From NCBI GenBank assembly GCA_965240325.2, contig OZ251237.1, positions 744,001-808,000 of the forward strand: 64,000 bases of DNA. The letters run 5' to 3'. The stretch comes from Rebecca billardiae RCC1528. Lineage: Eukaryota > Protista > Haptophyta. The stretch's first letter is position 1; each line of letters begins with the position of its first letter. The position numbers and the translations under genes are program-made. Under the pieces are notes generated by a model. That model was not told where the DNA came from. It searched no databases and worked only from the letters and a program-made list of their open reading frames with translations. Of this stretch, positions 34,518 through 46,268 are shown in pieces.

Positions 34518-36830
34518 TCAGCGGTCGAAGTCACTGCCAAAGTGCTCCGCCGCCGCCGCGGCGTCGGCCGAGCGCAGGAACTCGGCGAGCTCGGGCCGAG
34601 TGGCGAGCGACGCGAGCAGGCTCGAGACGAGCGCTCGCTGCTCGTGGATCTGCCGCTCGCTCGTCTTGACGACCTCCTCGCGCTCGTCCAGGTCCTGCCT
34701 GCGCAGCTCGAGCAGCAGCCGCCTGCGGTTGAGCTCGACCTCGGCCGCCGTCCCGCTGTCGTACGGCGCGCCGCCGCCGCCCGCCGCAGACGAGCCGTCG
34801 TCGCTCGAGCCGACGGCGGGCGTCCCCGGAAGCGTCTCGGCGCCGGGGTGCGAGGACTCAAGAGCGTCCAGTTCCCGCGCGAGCACCGTCACGCTGTGGC
34901 GCATGCGCCGGATCGCGCGCGCCTGCCACTCGACCATCTCGAAGAGCCGACGGTGCACGCCCGCCTCGCGCTCGCGCAGCTGCCGGTTGAGCGCGGCCTG
35001 CTGCTCGCGGTGCGCGTGCAGCATCGCAACCACCGTCATGACGAGCGCGCGCGGCGTGTTCCCCAGGGGCGCGAGCGCGCCGCCGTTGGCGCCGCCGCCG
35101 CCGCCGAGCGCCGAGCTCGCACCGACCGTGCACAGCTGCGTCTCCTCCGCCACGCCGTCGCTGGCGTCCGACGGCTCGGTCGACGCTTCGGGCGGCGGCG
35201 CGTGCTTCCCCCTCGCACCCGCCGACGCGTGCGCGCGCCTCCGACCATCCTGCGACGCACCGGGCTCGCGCGGCGACGGCGGCTCGGTTGGCCACCGCTC
35301 GGGCTGCGGCTGCGGCTGCAGGGCAAGGCGCATCCGCGCATCGCTCTCCGCCGCGCGCGCGCTCGCGAGCTCGAGCTCGCCCTCCGCCACGCGCGCGCGC
35401 AGCTGCGCCAGCTTCGCCTCGTACTCTCGCCTCAGCTCGTCCGCGGCGTCCTGCACGCGCGCGCGCGCGGCCTCCTGCCGATCATCGCCTGCCCAATCGT
35501 CGGCGCGCGCGCTGGCGTCCGGCCAGCCGTCGGCGCGCGCGTTGGCGTCCGCGGCGCTGGCTGCCGCGTCGTCGAGCTGCGCCTGGAGCTCGTGCACGCG
35601 CGCGGCGTACTGCGCGCGCAGGCTCCCCGCCTCGCGCTGCTGCGCCTCGCCCTGCGCCGCCGCGCCCGCTGCGCCGCCGCTCGACAGCGCCTCCTCCAGC
35701 CTCCCCTCGAGCTCCTGCACGCGCGCCGAGTACTGTGCATGCAGCGCGCCCTCGCGTTGCCGCCGCTTGGCGCGCATCGTCTGTGCGTCCTTGAGCAGCG
35801 CACGCAGCATGGCCTCCTGCTCGCGCACGACGTGCAGCACCTGGTCGAGCGAGCGCACGCGCCCGCCGCCGCGGTGCTGCGCCTCCGCCTCGCTCAGCAC
35901 GTCGCTCGCGCGCTCGCGCAGCGCGGCCACCGCCGCCTCCACGTCCTGGCACGGAGACATGGCCATCATCGCAGCCATCTCTGAGTCCACCGCGCGCTCC
36001 GCGGGCGTCGAGGGCCCGCCGGGCGTGTCGCGCATGCCGGCCGCGTCAGAGCCCGGCGAGGGCGACAACCGGGCGGCACGCCTCTCCGGCGGCGTGCTCA
36101 GGGGGCTCGTCTCCGTGACGATGCTCGGCGAGCCGCCGCCCAGGGCGCTCAGCCGGCTCGAAAGACAGCTTGGTGGCGCGCGGCCGCCGTGAGAGTAGTG
36201 TGCACCTCGGCCGCGGCGCGGCGGGCTCGAGAGCGGCGGGCTCTCGGCGGCGTCGAGCGAGCCGGCTTGTGTGGACGCGTCGCACACGCGCCTCGGCGCC
36301 GCGCCCTCGCTTGGCAGCGCCAGCGCCTTGGCGCGCAGCGCCACGCGGCCGCCGTGAGAGCACAGCATGTCGACGATGACCTCGCGCGCTCCCGGGCGCA
36401 CGCACTCGAGCGCGGTCCGGCCCCACCGATCGCGGCGGTACCGACGCGCGCCCGCGGCGAGCAGGGCGTACACGGAGCGCGCGTCGCCATGCCCCGCGGC
36501 GATGTGCAGAGCCGTCGATCCGTCCTCGTCCTGGGCATCGATCGCCGACGCGTCGAGGCCGGCGAGAACGGCGACCGCGTCTGCGTGCTGACGGAGCGCG
36601 GCGAGATGAAGGGCGGTGCGGCCGCCCCTGCGGTCCGCGTGCAGCGGTACGGACGCACGCGCGCCGCCGCGCACCACGAGCTCGACGAGCTCCGGCACCA
36701 GCAGCACGTCGGGCGCGAGGCACACCGCGTCGGCGAGCGCGACGTCGATCGCGCGCGGCGCGTCTTCGTCCTCGGTCGAGATGATGCTCAGGGCGACGGA
36801 CGGTCCGCTCGCGATACTTAGCTGGTCGGT
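34518..36830 (-). CDS. Ankyrin-repeat protein with C-terminal coiled-coil (5' end unresolved)
   Basis: Ankyrin repeats GRTALHLAA, DEDGSTALHIAAGHG and DRWGRTAL, followed by long heptad-like segments. No in-frame ATG lies upstream of the ankyrin repeats. Confidence 0.65.
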   Translation of the reverse strand, partial: TDQLSIASGPSVALSIISTEDEDAPRAIDVALADAVCLAPDVLLVPELVELVVRGGARASVPLHADRRGGRTALHLAALRQHADAVAVLAGLDASAIDAQDEDGSTALHIAAGHGDARSVYALLAAGARRYRRDRWGRTALECVRPGAREVIVDMLCSHGGRVALRAKALALPSEGAAPRRVCDASTQAGSLDAAESPPLSSPPRRGRGAHYSHGGRAPPSCLSSRLSALGGGSPSIVTETSPLSTPPERRAARLSPSPGSDAAGMRDTPGGPSTPAERAVDSEMAAMMAMSPCQDVEAAVAALRERASDVLSEAEAQHRGGGRVRSLDQVLHVVREQEAMLRALLKDAQTMRAKRRQREGALHAQYSARVQELEGRLEEALSSGGAAGAAAQGEAQQREAGSLRAQYAARVHELQAQLDDAAASAADANARADGWPDASARADDWAGDDRQEAARARVQDAADELRREYEAKLAQLRARVAEGELELASARAAESDARMRLALQPQPQPERWPTEPPSPREPGASQDGRRRAHASAGARGKHAPPPEASTEPSDASDGVAEETQLCTVGASSALGGGGGANGGALAPLGNTPRALVMTVVAMLHAHREQQAALNRQLREREAGVHRRLFEMVEWQARAIRRMRHSVTVLARELDALESSHPGAETLPGTPAVGSSDDGSSAAGGGGAPYDSGTAAEVELNRRRLLLELRRQDLDEREEVVKTSERQIHEQRALVSSLLASLATRPELAEFLRSADAAAAAEHFGSDFDR

Positions 36831-37065
36831 GTGCGCCGCGCCCGCGGACCGCGCACCTTGGGTGTCGAAGGGCGCTATTTGTGCGCGCCACTCGCGCGCT
36901 CGCCGTCGCGACGGAGAGCGCGGGCTTCCGAGACGAGCACAGCACCGCCCGCCCGGGCGCGGGTTCTCCGCCGGTCCGGCTGAGAACCCGGCGTCCGGCA
37001 CAAATTCGAAAGCCGCGCCAGGCCGCTCGCCAGCGCAAGTTGCCGCGCATCGAATTGCGAAGCCA

Positions 37066-37746
37066 ATGGGGGCGCTCGTCGCGCGACCACCGCCGCCGCC
37101 GCCGCCCCCAGACGAGGGACTCCGGCAGCCAGTGCTGTGCTCTATCGTCGTGCTGTGCACGGTGTGCTTCCTCTTCCTCTCAGGCTCGCTCGCTGAGCGA
37201 CATGGCGGGATGTGGAACCCCGTGCCGCCGCACTATGCGTACTTGGCAGCGCGCGCGTGGCAGTGGTACAAGCGCATGCTCACGCAACAGCCGCGCGCGA
37301 CGTCCTCAGTGAGCGGGGCGTTCCTCGCGGCGATGGGCAATCGCATCGGCTGTGGGAGCTACGGCGTCTCCACGCTCAAGTACGCCATCTGGGGCCTTGT
37401 TGCCTGCAATATCTCGAGCACCTGGCTATCGCTCCTGGATCGCGGGTTTGCGGGTGCCTCGTCGCCCAAGATGCTGCTCAACAAGATCGTGGTCGATGTC
37501 GTCGTGTCGGTCGCGCTGCTTCGTCTAGCGTTCCAGCTCGTGCACGGTGTGCTGGATGGCACGCCGCTCGACGACGTCGTGCTCAACATCCGCACCAACT
37601 TCTGGGCGGGCTGCATGCCCGGCTGGCAGTTCTGGACGCCGATCGTCGCCGTGGCGCACCTCCTCGTGCCGGTGGAAATCAGAGTCGTGTTCTTCAGCGC
37701 CGCCGCCCTGGTCTGGAATGCCATACAGACCGTCCTCTTCAGCTAG
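37066..37746 (+). CDS. Mpv17/PMP22 family membrane protein
   Basis: WYKRMLTQQP.AT, KIVVD and GWQFWTP...LVPVEIRVVF...LVWN are typical of Mpv17/PXMP2. Confidence 0.8.
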   Translation: MGALVARPPPPPPPPDEGLRQPVLCSIVVLCTVCFLFLSGSLAERHGGMWNPVPPHYAYLAARAWQWYKRMLTQQPRATSSVSGAFLAAMGNRIGCGSYGVSTLKYAIWGLVACNISSTWLSLLDRGFAGASSPKMLLNKIVVDVVVSVALLRLAFQLVHGVLDGTPLDDVVLNIRTNFWAGCMPGWQFWTPIVAVAHLLVPVEIRVVFFSAAALVWNAIQTVLFS

Positions 37747-38301
37747 ACCGTGGTGCCCGAGATGTTGGAGGTGCGCGGGTGATGCGTGGACCCGCCGGCG
37801 GCCGGCCGAGCGACGTCGACGTTGGCACTGTGACCGCGGCGTCCTCGGCCCGAGGCCGATTCGGCCATTTCGGCCTCGGGTTTCATCTGCTTGATGACAC
37901 TATATCCAGACTGGAATCAGGAATGCGGAGTGTAGTAGTGCCGGAAGCCTGCTTAATAACGCATTCATCAGACGGCCGATGAGGCTAATCAGTTACTGGC
38001 GCTGGCCGATCGCCCGGTTACAACTTACAGGCTGGCGGGGCTGCATTGTCGCCAGTCGCGGCGGACTTGCATTCCGTCAGCCCGTCACTCCTGGCCGCCG
38101 GCGCCAGCAGGCCGTCGTCTGAACGGACCGTCTGCGTCTTAGCACTCGTAACCACCGAGTGACCGGACGGCGTGCCCACTTAACGCTGTGGCGATTGAGT
38201 AAGCGGCGACATCGTACTTGGCATCTTAGCCTCTGGTCGCAGCCAGCACTGCGCGATCATCATCGTCGACCAACTGGTGTCGTTCACGCCGATGCGCCCA
38301 C

Positions 38302-38481
38302 TCATGCCTTGTCCTCGTTGACGTGCAAGTACTCTTCTGGGATCGGAAGCCGCACGTCAGGCTTGTAGATAGCGTGCACGACGGACGCGCCCGCGAGCAT
38401 GCTGCCCATGCAGAGGCTGAGCCGGCCAAAATAGCCAAGCCACCCCCTGGCTTGTGCCTTGAGCGCATTCGAGGCCGCCAT
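38302..38481 (-). CDS. UQCC6: BRAWNIN/UQCC6 (C12orf73, DUF4516)-like small mitochondrial membrane peptide, 59 aa
   Basis: MAASN...WLGYFGRLSLCMGSMLAGASVVHAIYKPDVRLP matches the family signature M.AGA.VVH..Y.PD..IP as I recall it. Confidence 0.75.
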   Translation of the reverse strand: MAASNALKAQARGWLGYFGRLSLCMGSMLAGASVVHAIYKPDVRLPIPEEYLHVNEDKA

Positions 38482-38613
38482 CGTTCGGCTGCACTGCGCA
38501 GGCCCGCAGCGCGCTTGCCAGTGCGGCTTGGCGGCTCGGTAGTGTCGGCCTTGCAGCTGGTCCAGCATTCCTCTATTTCTTTGGTCCAGCAAGCCGTCCG
38601 CCGGCGGGGGGCG

Positions 38614-40026
38614 ATGAGCGCCATAGGCCCGCTCGTCGAGGCGGCACACCGCGAGCTGCAGAGCGCCGAGAGCGAGCTCACGGAGGAGGATGCGATCGCG
38701 GTCGGGATCTTCGTCGTCGTCTTCGTCGTCTTCCTTATCGCGATCATCGTCGTCGTGCACTACATGGTCAAGATCGTGCACCACGCCGAGGTGATGGTGA
38801 TCGAGCGCTTTGGCAAGTATCGCACGACGCTGAGCCCCGGGCTGCACATCATCGTGCCCTTCGTCGACGTGCCGCGCAAGGTGCACTGGCGGTACGTCGA
38901 CGCCAAGGTCGGCAGCTCGGAGACCGTCGTGAAGAGCATCATCACCGACCGGATCGACATGCGCGAGCACGTGATCGACTTCGGTCGGCAGAACGTGATA
39001 ACCAAGGACACAGTACAGATCCAGATCGACGCGCTCGTGTACTTCATGATCGCCGACCCGCGGCTCGCCGTGTTCAACATCCAGAACCTGCCGGACGCCA
39101 TCGAGCTGCTCACGCAGTCGACGCTGCGCAACATCATCGCGCACCTTTCGCTCGACGACACGTTCTCGTCGCGCGAGCGGATCAACGAAGAGCTGCTGCA
39201 GGCGATCGTGCGCGACGCGGAGCGCTGGGGCGTGGTGATTACGCGCGTCGAGGTCAAGGAGATCCTGCCCCCACGCGATATCAAGTCCACGATGGAGGCA
39301 CAGATCATCGCCGAGCGCGAGCGGCGCTCGATGGTGTTGAGGGTGCGCGCTCTCGCGCTCAGGTCGTGCGCTCGCGCTGGCATCGCGGCCGTCGGTTCGG
39401 AGTCAGCTCAGCGCGCCCAGCGAGGGTCGCGCGCCGATCCTCGCGCAGTGGGATCGCCCCAAGGGTGAGGGCCATGCCCAGCCCGCCTATGCTGACGCCT
39501 CTCCCTTTCTCTCTCTCTCTCTCGCGCGCGCGCGCTCGCCCCTGGTCGCGGCGCGCAGGCTGACGGCAAGCGGGAGAGTGACATTGTGCGCAGCCAGGGC
39601 GACGCCGCCAAGCTCGTGCTGCAGGCGGAGGGGATCCGCACGTCGGTGGTGAACCGCGCGAAGGTGCGCGCGCCGCGCGCGTGCCGGTACTGTCTGCGAC
39701 GGTGGAGGGCGCGCGTGGCGGGGTCGCGCCCCGATCTCACGCTCCGCTGCGGACGGTTGCCGCGGGCCGCGCAGGGCGAGGCGGACGCCAAGCTGCTGGT
39801 CGCGAAGGCAGAGGCTGGCGCCGTGCGCCGGTTGCGCGAGGCGACGTCCGTCCACGGCGTGAAGGCCTCGGAGTACCTCGTCGCGATCCAGTACCTGAAC
39901 TCGCTCAAGAACCTGAGCCAAGGCGCGGGCAACCCGAACACCAAGGCCGTGCTGCTGCCGGCCAACTCGCTCAGCACGATCAGCTCGATCATGCGCTATT
40001 CGCGCCCGCAGGCTCCCACGCGCTAG
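38614..40026 (+). CDS. SPFH/band 7 stomatin-like protein; introns 39343-39558 and 39664-39774
   Basis: N-terminal TM segment, then VIERFGKY..L.PGLH, VITKD.VQIQID, STLRNII, RERIN, RWGV.ITRVE and AERERR. Splicing gives ADGKRES...AEG...AKGEA. Confidence 0.9.
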
Positions 40027-40408
40027 CAGTGTTCGCAGCGGCAGCCGCGTGGGCCGCTGAGCAGCGCGTAGCTGACTGTTGATTCCTGTCAGGCGGCGCG
40101 GCCCACTGCCTCCGCCTCGGGCTTGGTCGTTGCGGTTGCACCGCGCGCAGAGCAGAACTTTGCTGTCGTGGCGGTCGAGTGGAGTTTGCCGCCAGTCTGA
40201 AGTCGGGTACATTACAAGTGAACGTGACGGCACCCGCGGGCGTATGATCTAGATACAAGTGTACAATCCATCAGCGAGAATGAATAAGTCTCGAAGATAC
40301 TGCGTACCGGCAGGTACGCGTACCGGCACCGGTCGGCCGCGCGAGGACTCCGAGGAGGCGCGCTTTAGGCGCTCACTGTACTACTGTATTGATGCGCGAG
40401 TGGCGGCG

Positions 40409-43400
40409 ATGATGCAAGCCCTCGTTGCAGCCCTCGGCTTCTCGGCGCTATGGCTCGAGGCTATCGAGCCATCGCTCATAGTGAGCCGTACCAACGAGTC
40501 CGTCGTGCTCACGCTCACGGGCGTCGCCGGCCTCGCTGCCGATGTGGCCCATCCCACGGTGCGCATGCGGCGCGTGCAGCCCGCCGCCGAGGCCGCGCCG
40601 CGCGAGCTCACAGCATCGCGACGACGTGCGGCTGAGGAGGACGAGCGGCTAGGCGGGCATGGTCTAGTCACATTGCACGTCCAGCTTCCAGCCGACCTCC
40701 TAGCCGCCCCCGCCGACTACTTGCTCTTTGTACTCGGCGATCGGATCGAGTCGAACGGGGCGCTCCTGCGCGTCGTCGCGCCGCCGAGCATCCTCGCGGT
40801 GGATCCGGCTGTGCTCCCTGCGGTTGGCGGCGTCGAGTTCGCCGTGTACGGCTCCGGCTTCGTGCCCGCCGCGCGTGCGGCCCTCCGCCTCACGGTGGGC
40901 GGCGGCGGCGGCGCCGCCGCCACAGTTCCCGCGCAGTACGTGAACACACGAGTGCTCCGCGCGCGCACGCCAGCTGTGCTGCTCGAGGCGCCGGTGGCGC
41001 ACGGGGCGGACGCCGCCGAGGCTCGCGAGGCCGTGCACGTGCGCGCGCAGCTCGCCCTCTCGCTCGATGGCGGCGCGAACTTCGTCGCCGCGCTGCCAAC
41101 GTCGGCACCGCTCGAGGTCGCTGTGCGCCCGCCGCTGCGCTTGCTCCTGCTGCAGTCGCACCGCGCGGACGGCGGCGCGGACGGTGGGAGCAGCGCAGAT
41201 GGCTGGGCGCACGCGTGGAGCCGCGCACGACTCGGCGTGGAGACGCGCTACGGGCGGCACGTGCTCTCGCGCGTGGCAGAGGGCGTGCCCACCGAGCCCG
41301 CCGCCGTGGCCGCGCGCGCGGAGGAGGCATGCGCATCTGGATTCGATCTCGTTGTCGGTACTTCGCCAGGGCACGCCGCCGGCCTTGAGGCGGCGCTGCT
41401 GCGGCGCGAGGGCGCGTGCGCGGGGGCGCGCACGCGGCTCGTGGCGGTCGGGCACCGCTCGCCGCCCGCGCACGCGCGCTCGGCGCACCCGCGGCTCGCG
41501 CAGCTGCGCGCGCACACCGCACAAGACGAGGCCTTGTACTTGTGTGGTGTGCTGGCTGGCACGCAGCTGCGCGAGGCGGCCGCCTCCGGCTCCGGCCGCG
41601 CTCGGGGATGCGGCGGGATCTGCCGCCGGCTGCGCTGGTGGCGCCCTCGGCAGGCGCCGCCCTCCGCGGAGGGCGGCGCAGCCGACGGCAGCCGCGGCGC
41701 GGCGGTGCTCGGCTTCGTCGCGTCGCACGCGACGCCGGAGGCTCGGCTGCAGGCGAGCGCGCTCGCGCGCGGCTGCCGCGCGGCAAACCCCCGCTGCGAG
41801 GTGCGCGTGCTGGTGACTGGCGCGTGGCACGAGCCGCGCCGAGAGCGCGCCGCCGCGTCCCGGCTGTGGGCGGTCGACGGCGCGCGCGTCATCGCCTCCG
41901 ACGCCGACTCGCTCGCGGCGGCGCGCGTGTTCAGCCACGGAGGGCCCCCGGCCTGCGCTGCGCTCGCGCGCACGGCCGCGGCGCGCGCGGCGCACGGCCA
42001 CTCCGCCCTCTGCGTCGAGCAGGGCGAGGCGCGGCACGCGGCGCGCTCGCCGCGCGCGCCCGCGAGCGTCGTCGGCGTGCACGCCGACATGCGCGAGCTC
42101 CTCGCCTCCGAGGCGGCGCTGGTCTCGGCCGTCGCCGACTGGTCGGGAGATCTGATCTCGCTGGTGGGAGATGTGATCTCGCTGGTGGGAGATGAGATCT
42201 CGCTCGGCCGCGTGCTCGGCCGCGGGCAGGAATGGGGCCCGGACTCCCCTGGCCCGGAGGTGGTGGGTGGAGTGGGCGGGGCGGCGCGCGCCGATGGCGG
42301 CGCGCGCCTGAGCGCGCCGTCGAGCCACGTGTCCGCCGAGGCGCGCGCCGAGCTCGAGCGCGCGCGCGCCGAGCTGCGCTCAGGGCAGCGCGCCGTCTTC
42401 TGCGCGACGCCGGCCGAGGTGGGTAATGCGGGTAATGCGGGTAATGCGGGTGCTCCGGGCGGGCTGCAGCTGAGCAACGGCTCGGTGATTCGGCCGGGCG
42501 CGCTGTGCGCGCCGCAGCCCGGCGGCGGCTGCTGCCTCACCGAGCACGCGCTCCGCACGGCGGACTGGCTGCTGGCGGGTGCGGCGCCGGCGACGCACAC
42601 AGTCAGGGGCGCCGCGGGCGGCAAGTGGGGAGAGTGGCGACCGCTCGCCACCGGCGGCCCGGCGGCCGCAGCGCCCGACGCGGCCACGCCCGACCTGGCG
42701 CGCTGGCGATTCACCCCGCCCGATGAGCGCGCGATGGTGTGCGAGCGCGGCTACCACGTCGTCTGGCCCGACTCGGCGCGCGCGCGCGGAGGCGGCAGTG
42801 GCGCGGCCGACGGCAGCGCGGCCGAGCAGGAGCCCGACGCGCGGCCGGTGCGCTGCCAGCAGGACTGCGAGTCCGGTGTGTACGACGAGCACGGCCGGTG
42901 CGACGCCGGGTACCGGGAGCTCGCCGCGTCGCACGAGCGCCTGCGCACGTGGCAGCGCGCGCTCGGCCGCGCGGGCGCCGCGCTCGGCGCGGGCCTCGCT
43001 GCCGTGCTGCTACTGCGGGCGTGGCAGCGCCGGCACGCAGAGGAGCTGCAGCGGCGCCAGTGGCTGGAGGGCGAGGTTGAGGCGGCGCTGCAGGCGCGCG
43101 CGCACCTGCAGTTCCCGCTGTGCGTCGTGCCGCTCGGCGTGTTCGCGCACATGGGCGCGCTGCTGCCGTACGAGCAGCTGCGCGACCGCGGTGTGCACGA
43201 GGTGCACGACGACATCCCGGCCGCGCTCTCCGCTCTCGAGCAACAGCGGCTTATTTTCATAAGCCACCAGTGGGAGTCGTGGTCGGCGCCGGACCCGCGC
43301 GGCGCGCAGTACGCGCTGATGGTGGCGACGGCGACGCGCGTCGCCGCGCTCAACGGCTGGCCCCTCGAGACCGTGCGCGTCTGGGTCGACTACATGTGCG

Positions 43401-45246
43401 TTCCGCAGGCACACCCCAAGCTGCAGGCGCTCGCGATCGCAAGCTTGGGGTACTACGCGAGCCTTGCGCACGCGTGCGTCGCGGTCGCGCCGCCGGGTGT
43501 GCACGCGGACACGCACGAGCCGTGCGGCCGAGAGTCGTGGCAGCGGCGCCTGTGGTGCCGCCTCGAGCTGCTCTGCTTCGCGCTCGCCAACGGGATCGAC
43601 CAGATGTTCATCGCGCCAGGCGGCGAGGAGGCCGCGGCTGAGGAGGCGGCGGGCGACCAGAGCGCTGCTGCGCCCGCGCGGATTGCGGAGGCGGATCTGA
43701 GCGCGGCCCTTTTGGTCTTCGAGGGGGAGTGCACGTGCTGCCGGCTCGGCCACGTCTTCGGCGGCATGGCCCGCGACGAGTGCGACCGCGAGCAGCTGGT
43801 CGGGCCGATCCTCGGCCTCTATGGCGAGCTCTTCCTAGCGCACCTCGAGAAGGCACACGAGGAGAGCGTGGCCCGGCGCCAGGACGGCAACAAGCCTGGC
43901 AGCCAAAAGCCCGACAGCCCGGGCGGGCTGCCGGACGCGCGCGAGGAGGTGGCGGCGCGGGCGCATGGGCTGTCATCCGAGCGGCTGCACTCTCACAAGG
44001 AGCAGGGGGAGAAGGCGCAGCTCTCGGCCTCCGCCAACGGCCGCGGTGGCGACGACGCGAGGGCGTGTGCGCCAGCCGCCGCGGCCTCCGCCGCCGCGTC
44101 ACCGCGCGGCGTTCCGGAGTCGCCGATCTTCCGAAAGGGCACGCTGCACGCCGCCGAGCGCAAGGGGCCGCTCTGGCAGCGAGCGGCGACGATGTCTGGC
44201 ATGTATCCTACGGAGGAGCCGGCCGCGCCGCCGCCCGCGCCATCCGCGCCAGCTGAGCAGCCGTCGGCCGAGCCGCTCCTGACGCGCAGCGCGTCGGACT
44301 CTCGCGCCTCGCGCGGCGCCGCGGACGCGCCGCGCGCCGCCGCGCACTCGGCGAGCACGCCGCCTGCGCCGCTGTTGAAGCGCGGCACAAGCTGCCGGAC
44401 CTCAATTGGCCTCGTCTCGCAGACCGCCGCGTCGCAGTCGCCGCCGATCGACGGCGCCACCCTGCGCAAGCGCACGTGCGAGCGCGCCCGTCGGACGTCG
44501 ATGCTGGAGATGCAGCAGCGGATGGTGCTGCACCGCCCTGGCGCGCCGCGCGTGCCGCGCGCCGCGCGCCCAACGCGTGTCTTCGCGCGCCCTCGTGCGC
44601 GCGCGCGCTCGCGCCCGCGCCCGCGCCCGCGCCCGCGGCTGACCGGCCACGCCCCGCCCGCGCACGCGTGCCGCTCGGCATGCAGATTGACACCGACCCG
44701 GCCCAGCGAATGCGCATGTTCCCGCGCGACTTTGAGTTTTCGCGCGCCGACGGCAGCAGCGAGCGGCGCGAGCTGTTCGGCGACCTGATCGCCGAGATGG
44801 AGCGCTTCTGCCGCCGGCTGCACGCGCAGGTGCTCGCGGACGCGGAGGCGGCCGAGGCGGAGGCGGCGAAGCGGCGCTCGCGCTTCAGCACGCCGCGCAA
44901 CGTGAGCCGCTTCACCTGGCTGCTGCAGCGTCAGCTCGAGGCCAAGCGCGCCGATCCGAGCACGCGGCGCGGCTCGGGCGTGGGCCGTCGCAGATCGAGC
45001 GTAGTGCTCGGTGTGGGCCCCCGTCGTCGCTCTTCGGCCGGCTCGGAGGAGTCCTCGCTGCCCCCAGTGCCATCGCTGCACCCATTGCCATCGGCTCAGC
45101 ATGCGGCGCCGCCAGATCGCAGCAGCGCGTCGCAGGCGCAGCACGGCAAGCTCCCATCTGCCACCATCAGCAAACTCTCGTTCGCGTCGGCGGCAATGGC
45201 CGCGTCTGCGAGCGCCAAGCTGCGGCAGCGCCGGAGGGGAGCGTGA
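40409..45246 (+). CDS. Receptor-like protein: signal peptide, IPT/TIG-like region, BMP/PnrA-type periplasmic binding domain, TM, HET/TIR-like domain; intron 44525-44685 (~1558 aa)
   Basis: Bmp family motifs DGWAHAW, GFDLVVGTS, LGFVAS..TPE, ALARG...ANP...V.VTGAWHEP..E and GARVI. TM segment AGAALGAGLAAVLLL. HET/TIR-like motifs IFISHQW..PDP, VWVDYMCVPQ, AIASL..Y and RLWCRLE. Confidence 0.7.
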
Positions 45247-45499
45247 CCGTCTGCGTGACGGTCGTGACGCCGCATGACGATGAACGTGACGAATGGAACT
45301 TGCGTCTTGGGATCGGGTATATAGGGCGGTGATCGCCGGCGGGCATGTGACGACGAGGCAGTACAGCGGACTCGGAGGCGCGGTGCGTTATTATGCAATT
45401 AATATAAGCAGTGCTGCTGACTACGATCGATTGACGATCGTCGTCCCGTCGTTATTATAATATACTACGGCCCGCCATATACATTATTTGTACAATATA

Positions 45500-46027
45500 G
45501 GCTCTGGCTTCGGTTGACCCCTGCCAGAGACGGGCACTGTGATGAGCTCCTTCATGAAGTCACTCGTGAAAACTGCACAGGAGGACCTCAATGGATGCCT
45601 AGATGATGACTTCAGAGCGATATTGGGCCAACCGAGCACTTACTCTATTTTTACTATGTATATCATTTACCCATCTCAGACTCTGGTCAGAACACGGTCC
45701 GGGAGCGATCCGGATGTACAGCACCCGTAGCTATATATTGGAAATATGTCACCGCGGACTGGGTAAATAGCTATGAAAAATATAGAGTAGTCTGAAGTAG
45801 TCACAAACTGAGTTTCACACCCTGCTGGGCACTTATTAAGTTAATTTAAGTGCACTTATTGGCCATCCATAGTAACCCTACTTGGAGCCCTGTGGCCTGT
45901 GGGACACTTCGGGCGTTCATTCGGCCGCAGGAATCATGCGAAGATCGTTTTCGGTATACGCCCGGTTTCTAATTCTATCTATGACCGGACTGGCAGGGGA
46001 CAGGGGTCAACCCGCGGAGCCAGAGCC
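45500..46027. mobile_element. Low-GC MITE-like element with imperfect TIRs, flanked by TATA
   Basis: Left end GGCTCTGGCTTCGGTTGACCCCTGCCAG; right end reverse complement GGCTCTGGCTCCGCGGGTTGACCCCTGTCCCCTGCCAG. TATA lies at 45496-99 and 46028-31. The interior is much more AT-rich than the genes. Confidence 0.75.
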
Positions 46028-46268
46028 TATAGTATATATATATATATACTATATATATAGTCATGATGCCTCATAACATTTGGTGTGTTGGGGCGGCGGA
46101 TCCAGCACCGCGACCGCGTGTGGAGGAGAATGTAGATTGTAGTCGTTGTGTGCTGACGATGCAGCACATGGCCATGCGCATGTAGTGCCATCGCCGGCGT
46201 CGCTGGCATCATCATGACGATTCATCGCGCGTAGTCACTGCGCAGCAGATCACCAGGCTCGTCAGCTG

